Assembly: GCA_000708835.1 (NCBI GenBank)
Contig: DF237722.1
Coordinates: 1-33,933, forward strand
Direction of reading: 5' to 3'
DNA: 33,933 bases
From: Klebsormidium nitens
Lineage: Eukaryota > Plantae > Klebsormidiophyceae
In this document: one piece after another, positions 21,869 to 32,510 of the stretch
How positions within the stretch are numbered: the first letter of the stretch is position 1
How the letters are laid out: the number at the start of each line of letters is the position of its first letter
Notes under the pieces: model-generated
Told to the model about the DNA's origin: nothing
Database searches by the model: none
The model's input: only the letters and a program-made list of their open reading frames with translations
Translations under genes and position numbers: made by a program

Positions 21869-23601
21869 GGCTCTTTTACAGGGAACCGTCTGCTGAATGA
21901 CGCCAGCTTGTGCACACGTCATGCAAGCGTAGAAATTGCTTATTTGCGATGAGGTATACAGAACCGGCCCATGCATACCGTCTTGCTCAGAAGGGCCGAC
22001 GGTCGCCGCCGCCGACCCGAAACTCGCGCTGAATGTTGTCCAACCCCGGTCTTCCAGGGCCAAAGTTGAAGAGGCCCCGGTGACCTGGTGTTTCCCGGTG
22101 AGTCAAAGCCTCGGGGATATCAGGTACGTACCATAAATGACATCACTGCGGTGCAACCATGACATCGATGATTGCGACAATGGCGGGCGCTTCACGGTTC
22201 ACCGTCCATTTCGTTGTCTCTTTTGTCGCTAGGTGCTGGCAGCCGCAGTGTGCGGGCGGCCATGGCTTCTATGGGCCCCAGCTGAGAGCTCATATGATGC
22301 TTTTCGACTTTGGTCCTGATTCCTGGGTCTGCGCCCTGCCAAAATTGCACCGGCGGTCGGTTCACTCAGCTACAGGGAGGACCGTAGGGCTGCTAGAGCA
22401 ACACGGACCACGGGAGGAACAAAAGGCTTCTTCAGCTTGTCTCGGAGGGAAACAAATTTCTAGGTCCATCAGGGGGGAGACTCGAGCGTTTGCTACATTT
22501 CCAGATCGACGGTAGATGGTAGATGGGCATGTGGCTAAGGTGCTGACTTACCCCAAAACCACGAGAACATAGAGACCAAATCCATCAGAGAAGGCCGCGA
22601 AGCCTTCCATTTTGAAGGAGCACAAGGAAAGAGAGTGGAGCTGTGAGATGCATCACATGTAAGGCTTCCACAATTGTTGTGCTTGCCGCAAAGGGACAAC
22701 TGAATTTTGGCACATTCATTGCTGCTGTTTGTCTTAATCTCTGACAAAAACTGAGGCTTGAACATGCAAAACGGCCAACAAAACAACAGCAGGGTGGTAA
22801 ATCACAATGAATATGCTTAGCTTTTGGTTTCTAGCATGCAAAAGGGGAACATAGCTGCGGATGGAATCTGCTGAACCGTGAACGCTTCCTGCATTTGCTG
22901 TCAGTATGTATGTTTAAGTAGACATGAGGTTCGTTGGCATGGGGAAGTCAAAGGTTTTTTCTTGTCAGTTGCTCACATTAGGCCACATTACCGGGTTCCC
23001 TCTCCTTGTCTGCCATTTTTTTAATGGGTTTGCTGTGGCGTCACCATTGCCAGAATGTGGTGCGTAACATATTGCTGCTGCATGTTCTAGTAAAGCCGCT
23101 TGTTTTGCAGCTGGAGACCTTCAGAGCTTGCAGTCACAGGGAACTGGTACTGTAAGCTGGTATGTCGTTTTGCTGGGGAGTCATGGCGTGCAGCAGCTGC
23201 AATGTTCAAAAGCTTTAAGGACCTGTTTGGCAAGTCTCTCGGTCATGAATAGATCAATATCAAATAGAGCCAATAAACATACATGTTCCCCCGGCTAATA
23301 TAGTCACTAACGATATTTTGGTGTTCCATGCAGGTAAAATGCCAGTCGCCAGGTTAATTAAAATTGTTAGCAGTTGAAGCACCACCAGAGGCTGTTCCAG
23401 GGTTCTGCCGGCTGAGCCCTGCTCAAGCTCAGGACCGTGATCTGTTCCACCACAGGATCGATCCGATTGGAAGTTTTTTCCACAGAACCCCTCCATCCTG
23501 CTGCTGGAGTCTTGGCAATTGTCTTGGTATCCACCCGGTCATCTTCGATTGTCATCACAAAATCCTAAAGTTGCCGGGAACTTAGGAAAGGTGTAAGCAC
23601 G

Positions 23602-26600
23602 ATGCAGGGGCACGGGTTGGCTGGATTTAGAGACCAGGACAGTCTGCAGCAGTCCCTGGACATTTCCAATCAGAGCTTCCATCGGGATTCCCTCAGGGAC
23701 CAGGCTTACTTTCAGAATGTTCTGCAGTCCAGCTTGCAGAGCCATGCGTTGCAGAGCCATAGCTTACAATCCCTGCAGAACCATGGCTTACAATCTCACA
23801 GCCTGCAGAACAATAGCTTACAGTCTCATGGCCTGCAGAGCCATAGCAGCTTGCAGAGTCAGGCGTTGCAGGCCATGGGGTTGCAGACGCCGGAGGCGCA
23901 AAGCTTGGGCATTGCAAACCAGGGAGCACACAACCCTACTTCGTACCTGTCTCAGGAGAATTCCATCTTGCCGCACAGCTTCAATCACCAGTTCCAAGTA
24001 CAGCAGGCAGGCGGCTTAGGTTCTCAGCAGCATTTGACGACACAGACGCAGCAAGTGGCTTCGGCAGCGGAACAATTTGATGATTCCAGGGTTATGAATG
24101 ACCTGTTGAAAGATTACGGGGTGCGGGAGCATACAATCAGCAGGTGAGTTGTGATCCGGAATCGACTACTGTGAGCTTCAGCGCCGAGTTCTCTGCCGAT
24201 GTTGTTATTTCAGATCCAAGCTTTTAGAATTTTTAGAATCTAGGTCATGCAGCAGCTTTCCTTTCTTAGTGGGATATAAGCAACCCGTGTGCATATAGGG
24301 TTAGTGAATCACCCGTATGGGTTAGCATCTCAGGACATCTGTTTTCTGGAGGGTGGTTTAAAGGGACTTTCAAACCCAGGTCTTTTGGCAAGGGCCATGA
24401 TGTCTTCTCTGGACCAGCCTCAACGGATCTAGTTCCAAGCGACCCTGTTGATCAGAACTTGACACTCTCGCCAAGCAAGGTGGTTAGGAACTGGTTCTGA
24501 CTACCTCGAGTTGCCGCACTAAATGTTCGAGGAGGTTCTAATGCACGCCCAGTGTTGCCCAGGTCCTACATGGTTCAACTACCATCAGTTTAGCCCTGGC
24601 TTTCTGTGACAGCATTCTCTCTGTGAAAATACAGGATGGAGGAAGAGGGCTTCAATCTCAACACGCTACTCAGCATGAATGACGAGGAGGTCGCTGAGGC
24701 CATCAAAATGATGATTTCCGAGTGCGGCATCAAATTCCTCGTTGGCGAACGGTTTGGGGTGAAGATGGCGTGCCGGTAAGGGCTGTTTCTCAGAGTTTCT
24801 GGTGATTATGCAGAATGAACTCAGCATCCCAGAATTCGCACCAAGGACAACTGCACATACATCATGTCTCTGCGGCTAGTTATGGGATTGACGTGTACCT
24901 AATCAGCCAACTCATCAGTTCTGTTGTTTAAGCTGTTCCTTTTGAGCAATCTCAATTGGTCAGGTGTGGACACTCCGTTTGGTTTCTCCTTTGCATGCAT
25001 TCATTCAGAAGGCCTTGCTCGTCTTAACCAAGATAAAAGCGCACCTGCTCTTTTTGTATGCATGAGGCTTGTTGGGGCAGACAGTCAGAAAAAACCCTCA
25101 ATGTCTAGTCATTGTGATTCCTTCAGCTGCTCAATCATCAATCCAACAGCGGTATGCACCTGATTCCTCTGGGAAACATCTCAAGGTGTTGTCTTTTGTT
25201 TCAGCCTTAGCTCTTCTCATCGCGCAGGTCAGGGAGAAAGTGGCTTGAGGAGAAGCGCGCACTGCTCGAGAACCCTCCAGCGCCGCAGTCCCAAAAGAAA
25301 CGGAAGCGGCTGGATGGCAAAGCATCGCAAGGTATGTCCACCATCGTTTTTGATGCCTCCATTTCCGTGTTCTGTGTTGACTCTTTCAGGGAGCAGAAGG
25401 AATCGACTAGCTGCAAATTGATCGAGCCCTGAGCTGAGCAACTTTCCAAGATTGAAGTATAGCATGTCCCCGCTGGGGTGCTTAGAGGGTCTGTTACTCG
25501 GTGTTTTTGGCGTCTCCAATATCCAAACCCTGTGTTGAACTCCAAAGGCCCAGTGGCTTTTTCGAGGCCAGAAATGGAGAACAGCAAAGTGGAACGTGGT
25601 TATCGCTCAGAGTTAAGCCTTGCATCCACACAAATGCTTGTTGCCGTAAAATCAAACCAGAGTTGAAATTGCTTGTGCTCATGACTCCTCTCACCATCTG
25701 CCAAGTGCTTCGACTGTACCGTTTGCTAGCCTCTTTCCGCTAGTCTGGTCAGAAGTCTTGCTTTTCAGCAGCCCATAACGGGTCTGAGTATGCCAGTCGC
25801 AGGAGAGACATCGAGCCCCTTGAGATTCGGATGCCAGTGTGCCTGAATGGAACGATCTGGAAGCACCAGACTGAGCCAGATTCTGGCCTGTTTCTTCAGG
25901 TGTCTCTGAGCACGTACTCGCGTCCCTGGTCAACGGGGGGCTTGGGAACGAGAGTGAGGAGGCGGACGAAGAGACGGTGCAGAAGCAGTCCGAGTTGTCG
26001 GGGCGGACCAAGTCCAAGTAAGGAACGGTTGCTTCGAAAAGTTGTCTTTACAGAGGGTCTGAACTAGACAGAACACTGGTACTGGTTTTCACGATGGACG
26101 CAACAAAGCTGGTAGATGTTTGGTTTTTCGTTGTCAGCTGGGAACAAAGGCTTGCTGCAAATGCTCCGTCTTCGAGATGACAGAGGAAGACTCTGGCAGA
26201 AAGTTTTGACAACATACTGGTTGCACGTCTTGGTCAGGCCGCTTTTTGTCGATGCGTCGAACGAAGCGTCCACTCAAAGCGTCCAAGTCCCCTTCCTTAA
26301 TGCCCAGGTTTTGACTGCACCATTTCAACGGAGGCAAAACGAAGCCTTCCGCTTTTTTGCGCCATCGTGCACGAGCTTCCTACAGCACGCCTCACTATCA
26401 TTTCGAGAACCTCGCATGACATAGCAAACCACATCCTCATTGGCCAAACTTTCTAACCGTGCAGGACCACGCCCAAGAAGAAGAAGGGCGAAGGCGACGA
26501 GGCCACATCTCGTGGTCCGGCCTTCCAGGTGACGGCGCAGGGCGAGGATGGCCACGGCAAGAAGCAGGGCCTGGACTACCTCTTCGAGCTGTACGGAGAG

Positions 26601-28132
26601 GCCGGGCGCATCCTGGAGGAGATCCGCGTGCAGGAGAAAGCCACGGGGAAGAAGCCGTCAGCAAAGGTGAGGCTCCGGACGGCTTTGTTCATTTCAGTTT
26701 GCGGAAGACCTTGCGGTGGTCGAGCGTTGTGCTGCGGATCTTGAAGTCGTCAGGGTATTCAGGGTCTTTCAAGGCGACCAAGTTGAGAGCGAGGTGAAAG
26801 CTCCGGACCTGACGTTACTTTCTCAAAAGTGCTTTGTGACTTCTTAAGTCCAGGGCTGGGGGGACAGGCAAAAAGCAGGCGGACATTTTTTTCAGAGAGT
26901 TGAGTGAGTATCGACTCAGGTCTAGAAAACGGGTTTTGAAGCCAGCACCAAGGCCTTGAAGCAGCCCGTTTGGGATTTACTTCGTCATTTACAGATCAGG
27001 ACGAAAGGTGCCGGAATTCGCAAGGGCTTTTGGCCTTCAGAATGCTTGGATCGGGTGAGAATTATCTATCAGGTGCTTTAGTCGCGACGATTTTACTATC
27101 TCTTGTTTGAAGCCTCCGCTTACCATCCCTGCTCCCACCTTGTCCAAGCGGAGACGTGTTCTCTCCACTTTTCCGCAGGTGAACAATCTGGTGTATCGGT
27201 ATGCGAAGCAGCGCGGGATGGGGTTCATCAACAAGCCCAAGATGCGGCAGTATCTGCACTGCTATGCGCTGCATTGTCTTGACCCGGGCACTTCGAACGC
27301 AATCCGCATGACCTGCCGCGACCGGAAGAAGACACTCCAGGCCTGGGCCGAGTGTTGCTACGAGCCGCTTCTGCAGATGGCCAGGTGAGAAGGCAGGATC
27401 AGCACTGATCGGATAGTTACTGTCATTTTGGGCTTTACTAGGCGCGATCCAAGAAGTGCGCTGCAAGAAGGTCCTACGGAAGGACTGTCAAAGGAGGAAG
27501 CCGATGCGTAAGTGGTCAGTCCTTACTCCTGATCTGAAAAAGATGACCAAAGAGATGTTGATGCTACCCGCTGCTGTGTAAGGCTGGGTGAGCGATGGGG
27601 AAACATAGACAAGCAATCAATCCTAGGATCTCCGACTCGTGCCCCTTTTGACATTGCCAAGTTGTGGTCTCTCGTCTTTCTTTTCTTGTTTAGAAATAAT
27701 GGTTTCCGTTACCCGAAACCTGCGCAATGGTTGCCACTCGTCGTGCTAGTCTCAATCACGCAAAGCCGCATATAGCGAGTTCTCTTTTGTGGAACGTCTA
27801 TGTCAAGCATACGCATTGCTTGTTGTCATGCCTTAGTAATGCTTTACGAACCGAAAGTCCAACCAATGAACTAAAAATCTTATGGAGTGTCTCAACACGC
27901 CCAATGCGCATTCTCGCACAGCAACGTCTTGAGATTGACGAGTGCCCCAACGTACAGGGTACGGGGCTACAATCTGGAGAGCCTTTTCCAGCTGTCTCCC
28001 CAGCTCGCCATCTGGAACGTCCCGAAGCAGCTCGAGAAGCTATGCGAGGAAGAGAAGGACAGGCTAGGAGAGCTGGGAAGCGGTCAGCTGGATCAGCAGC
28101 CGTTGCCACCACCGCCTCGGCAAGGGGCTTGA
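23602..28132 (+). CDS. LFY: LEAFY/FLORICAULA transcription factor (N-terminal SAM domain plus C-terminal LFY DNA-binding domain)
   Basis: Exons 23602-24143, 24635-24775, 25228-25331, 25900-26017, 26465-26666, 27179-27384, 27958-28132 (TGA); phase-consistent, 495 aa from the ATG at 23602 (additional upstream exons possible). SAM: MNDLLKDYGVREHTISRMEEEGFNLNTLLSMNDEEV...FLVGERFGVKMACR. DBD: RGPAFQVT..GKKQGLDYLFELY..KVNNLVYRYAK..INKPKMRQYLHCYALHCLD..AWAECCYEPL..LAIWNVPKQLEKLC. Confidence 0.97.
23722..23889 (+). repeat. Coding 15-nt repeat encoding ~12 LQ(S/N)(H)x units in the LFY N-terminus
   Basis: LQSS LQSHA LQSHS LQS LQNHG LQSHS LQNNS LQSHG LQSHSS LQSQA LQAMG LQT. Confidence 0.9.
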
Positions 28133-28653
28133 GGAGTGTAGCACGCTTAGGCAGATTATGCACATTTCTTCACGTGCGCATACGGCGCCTGAAGTGCATA
28201 GGTTGGGTTGGAACAGCGAAAAGGTGAAGTGGCCAAAACGACCATTGGCTAGGTTGACTACTTGGGCGACTTTCCTACTCCCTGCCGCCCTCTAGCACAA
28301 GGTGACGGGTCGACAAGTCGAATTGTTTTGGGGTGGAATTCGGGCTTTAGCTTTGTGTACATAAACTACTCCAGGGGAACACAGATGATGCAAGGTGCTT
28401 ATGCATATAAGTAAGGTTTTCTCAGACCAGCTATGTGTCCTTGTTTCTGCGAGGACTGCCAAGAGCTATCGAAGTCGTCTTCAATAGCTACTCGAAACGA
28501 AAACAACCCCCCCCCCCCAATTCTAGTGAGAAACTACTCATGTTGATTGTTCATGAAAAGATTGTTGTCACTTAGTGACTTGTTATATACAAAAGTCAGT
28601 TGATTTTGTATGCAATTGCTAGGGTACTTGATGTGATGTCATGTTAATTGGTG

Positions 28654-28693
28654 CTGTGGGCTGAGTCACTCGATCGAGTGACTCAGCCCACAG
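28654..28693. repeat. Perfect 40-bp palindrome with no spacer
   Basis: CTGTGGGCTGAGTCACTCGA|TCGAGTGACTCAGCCCACAG; the two arms are exact reverse complements. Confidence 0.97.
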
Positions 28694-30104
28694 GGCCCAG
28701 CTGAGTCGTGTCGTTCTTACCATGCATTTCTGTTTGGTCGCTTTATTAGAAGACTCACATATGGTCACTAAATGTTAACCCCCGGGCCGGGGAGGCTGGC
28801 CGTCCGGCATTGAGCTCACTTTGAATCCGAGAGTTGAAGTGTGCCTTAACTTAAGCCTTCCTGCATTTATGGCATGGATGGATCGTCCGGCTAGCTGTTC
28901 TAGCTTTAACTCGAAGCTTACTTGCATTGGTGATCATGAGTCGGTCGATCGGACGGGCTACACTTACTGCAGGCATTTGGTGTAGCTAGGTCCTACTAAT
29001 TACCTGAGTAATAATGCAAGAACTTTCGAGTCGATCTAAAAGACTAGTCAGGCTATATAGCCAATTATAAGTGTGTGACGAAATAAACGCCCGTCTCCGC
29101 AATAGAATGTCATACACTTCCGCCGCCGCCGCCGGCCCGCAGTGCACTATGAACATTAGCTGTTTTCACCGGCACCCTGCGGAGATTCTCATACTGCATT
29201 ATGCTTATGCTTCCATGCTTGGTGAGTGGCCATGAACAAGGAGATGCAACACCAAGGCGCCTTGCCTCTCCATATCTCTCTTAGGTCAATCGGAATTAGA
29301 ATTCAGTCATGTTTGGGTTCACGAAGTATACTCTACTCTCGGGACTGGATTGCCGCCGACCTGTCAACCTTATCCGGAGGTTACGTGCACGACCGTCGAC
29401 GCCTAGAGGGTTTGCCGAAGAGGGGCGGCCGCGCCCAAACCCGCGTATGCGATTCTTTCGCGGCGAAGCCATTTTATTTCGTCACAAGTGTATTAGTTCG
29501 GTTTGAATCGCCCGCGGGACCGGCCTTTGCTCACAAATATCGTACACCGTGACGTCTTTGCGAAAGCTGTGTAATGAGTCCGTACTGGGATGAAACATTG
29601 AAACAGGAATGAACATGCACGCGAATAAGTTCGCCTAGTATGACATGTACAGCGTGAGTCCTCATCCACTGGCAGAGCAATCAATTCGACAAAGTCAATC
29701 GTGTATGGTCCGCTCTCAGGTCTTGGACTGATATTGGGAGTCCATGTACAGCTAAAAATATCGAATCCTCCTTCTCGGGCCAGACATGAAAGCAAGCAAA
29801 TATGTGTTCAGTAAAGCGTTAATTTTGTGACCTTGGGCTTTGCCAACTACGATCAGACGGGTTGTGAGTTGTATGGGGACAGTCCGCGCAGGTTGCTTTA
29901 AGATGCACTATTAGCAGACCGAGCGATTGCAAAACGAAGAGCAATTGGCTCGGTGTGCAGATTGATGCATCCAGTTCAACGTAAAGATCTGATTCATGCC
30001 AACAGCTAGAAAATGGATGCGAGCATGCCCTCATGCATGCTGAGCAGAAGCGCTGGGCCCATTAGCGGAGCTTGAGTCTGGCTCTGAATTATCAAAGCAC
30101 AACA

Positions 30105-31260
30105 GTCTAGCGCATCCGACTGTAATCCGACTGACGAACGTGGTCCGTTCTTTGTGACGTAAGACGAAGACGGCCACGATACGGGCGGTGCATGTGCCGA
30201 CACGTGGCTGAAGGGCTTCCTGATCCCGAAGCCGAGCATTATCCCATCTCCAGGACCGCTGTCTATTGTCGAAGTGCACAGAGGTATCAGGCGCAATCAG
30301 GCCGGGTGCGCTCCTACTGGATGGGAAATCGTCATCTCGTTTACATATGGAAGGCATGAAAGGTAGTGCCAATGTTGCCCAAAACAGCGGCACTTGCCCC
30401 AACTAGGTCGATGCAGGTGGGCCGCATTTATGAGTCCAGGATGCTGATAATCCGACATTAAACCACTCACCAATCCGGCCTTTAGCGTCGCCGCCTGAGT
30501 TGGATCCGCCAACTCCATATTGCGAAGTCGAGACCGGATCTCCTCGACGCCTGAGGTGAGAAGTTGAGACAGTGGGCTTGGAACGACAACAACCGACGGA
30601 GAACGGAGCATTCAAACCACTCAAAAGTGCTAGGTCAAAAATGTTGCAACACTACTACACTACGCTGGCGGACCACGTCTTGTCGCTCTCCTTCGCGTAT
30701 CGTTTTGCATCAGAGGAACGGCAATCTGAGCTCGAAGGGATTTGGACGATGGCCCAATACACGGCACTCCCTTCTTTGGATTTCAGAAGAGAAACCTCCG
30801 GTTCGAAAACCTCTTACAAGGGAAGACTGCCATTACCGGGCTGGTCAGCTTCGCTTTCCCGCCACCGCACAAGCCGTTCCTCTCTCACCAGACGCCTAGC
30901 AACAAGCTGCATACCTGCAAGCGCGGAACCCCCCTATGGTTGAAACGTCAAATTCTCTCTCCTCGCGTTTAGGGGGGGACTCCTGATACCCTAGTGAACC
31001 CCATGAACGCGCAACCCTGAGATCCAAATATTGAACAGAAAGTGCAACCCATTTGTCGATTTTCGTCACGCTCGTCAGCCGCGCCGTGACCAGCAACAAC
31101 GCCAACAGCAATACTGCCTACAGCCAATACTCCCTGCTCCAAACTCTTGACAAAAAGACTGGGGACTCGATGATAGCGCGCACGGGAGAAAGCTCTGCCG
31201 ATGACTTCGTCTTTGAGAGCGAAAAACTCGAGAGAGAGGGAAAGAGAATAGACCGGCGAG
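30105..31260 (+). pseudogene. Possible decayed spliced gene of unknown function
   Basis: Exon-like blocks: ~30105-30285 (GPFFVT*DEDGHDTGGACADTWLKGFL, in-frame TAA); ~30415-30555 (in-frame TGA) joined by a phase-matched 78-nt GT-AG intron (30556-30633) to SKMLQHYYTTLADHVLSL...; ~31080-31260 (SNNANSNTAYSQYSLL...FESEKLERE). No full chain could be built. Confidence 0.3.
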
Positions 31261-32510
31261 GTGACAAGCGGTGCCGCTTTTGACCATGTTGAGCTCCTTT
31301 TCTTGGGGTGGACTTTGCGTTGATGAGTATGTTGGTGTCGAACGGAAACGTAGAATAGAAGCAAGCAGCGTCCAGAGTGGTGCGGAAAGGAGCAACGGCA
31401 ACAATCAAAAGTGTTGCTATTCTCTTCGAATTGAGTCAAAAAGTTGACCCCAAGCTTCTTTCTCGGAGCGGAACAAGCTGCAAGACAAGCTGATTATACA
31501 CGCCCTTGTGGCCCCTAAAGAAGTGGACCCAGCTAGACACAGACTAGCAGGCCACTGCTTTCCCAATGAAAGCACGCGAAGATGAGACGCGTTCCGCCGA
31601 GGAGTCATCAGACTAGAACGACACGAGCAATCTCAATCGGAGTGTTCTTTTGGAGAGAGCAGGCAAAAGGGCGCGTGAATAGCCGTTCAAATTTCAGCTT
31701 TAGCACAGTAAGAAAACTGTACTAAACTGTACTGCTTGGCGATCAGTATGCTTTCCTGAGCAGCTTTCGGAGACACTTTGCCCGCGAAAGGCGATCAATG
31801 AAGCACGTGACGTCCTTCCGGATCGTAACCAGAGGTCCCTGAATCGTGCCGCCCGCTAGGTTTGAGGTGCTCTAAACGACAATCATGTATACTTGGCACG
31901 AATTCCCACGTGATCACAAATCACATTCGCTTTTCTTTGCTCTGGGATAACAAGCCGTTAACGTTGAGTTGCAGCTTATAGCGGACAATGCGGCGGACTC
32001 GAGATCAAACGTAGACCTTGCGGTGCACCATTGAAGTGAGGTTTCGATGCGTGCGCCATGGTTTGGCGAGAACACGGTCAACTGCAAACGGCGCTCCCAA
32101 AAGAGCCGCATCGTCGTATACATGCTAATATTAAAGTGTCTCCTCGTCATTTGTTACACTCGATGCTTCTTAGCGCTGTGTACACTAAAGTTGCACATAA
32201 AACGGACAAGCTAGGACATGCTAAAGAAAACGACCGACTCAACAATCGCAGCAACAGACTGTAAACGCAACCAGCCGTCAGACTCGTCACTTTGGGGCCA
32301 AGATATTGGCTGAATAAATGTCTGCGGACCCGGTCGAACACCTAAAGTCTGTTTGCTAAAGGCTTGGAATGAAATCAGCCCACTAGTATACGTCCTGATT
32401 CCGGTGCGCATCTCTAGAATGCGTTGTGTTGCAAGCTGAGCATATACCTGATCTCAATCAGAAATTCAAAAAAGGGTCCAACGCGTCGTCGAAGCTTATT
32501 ACAGCCCTGC

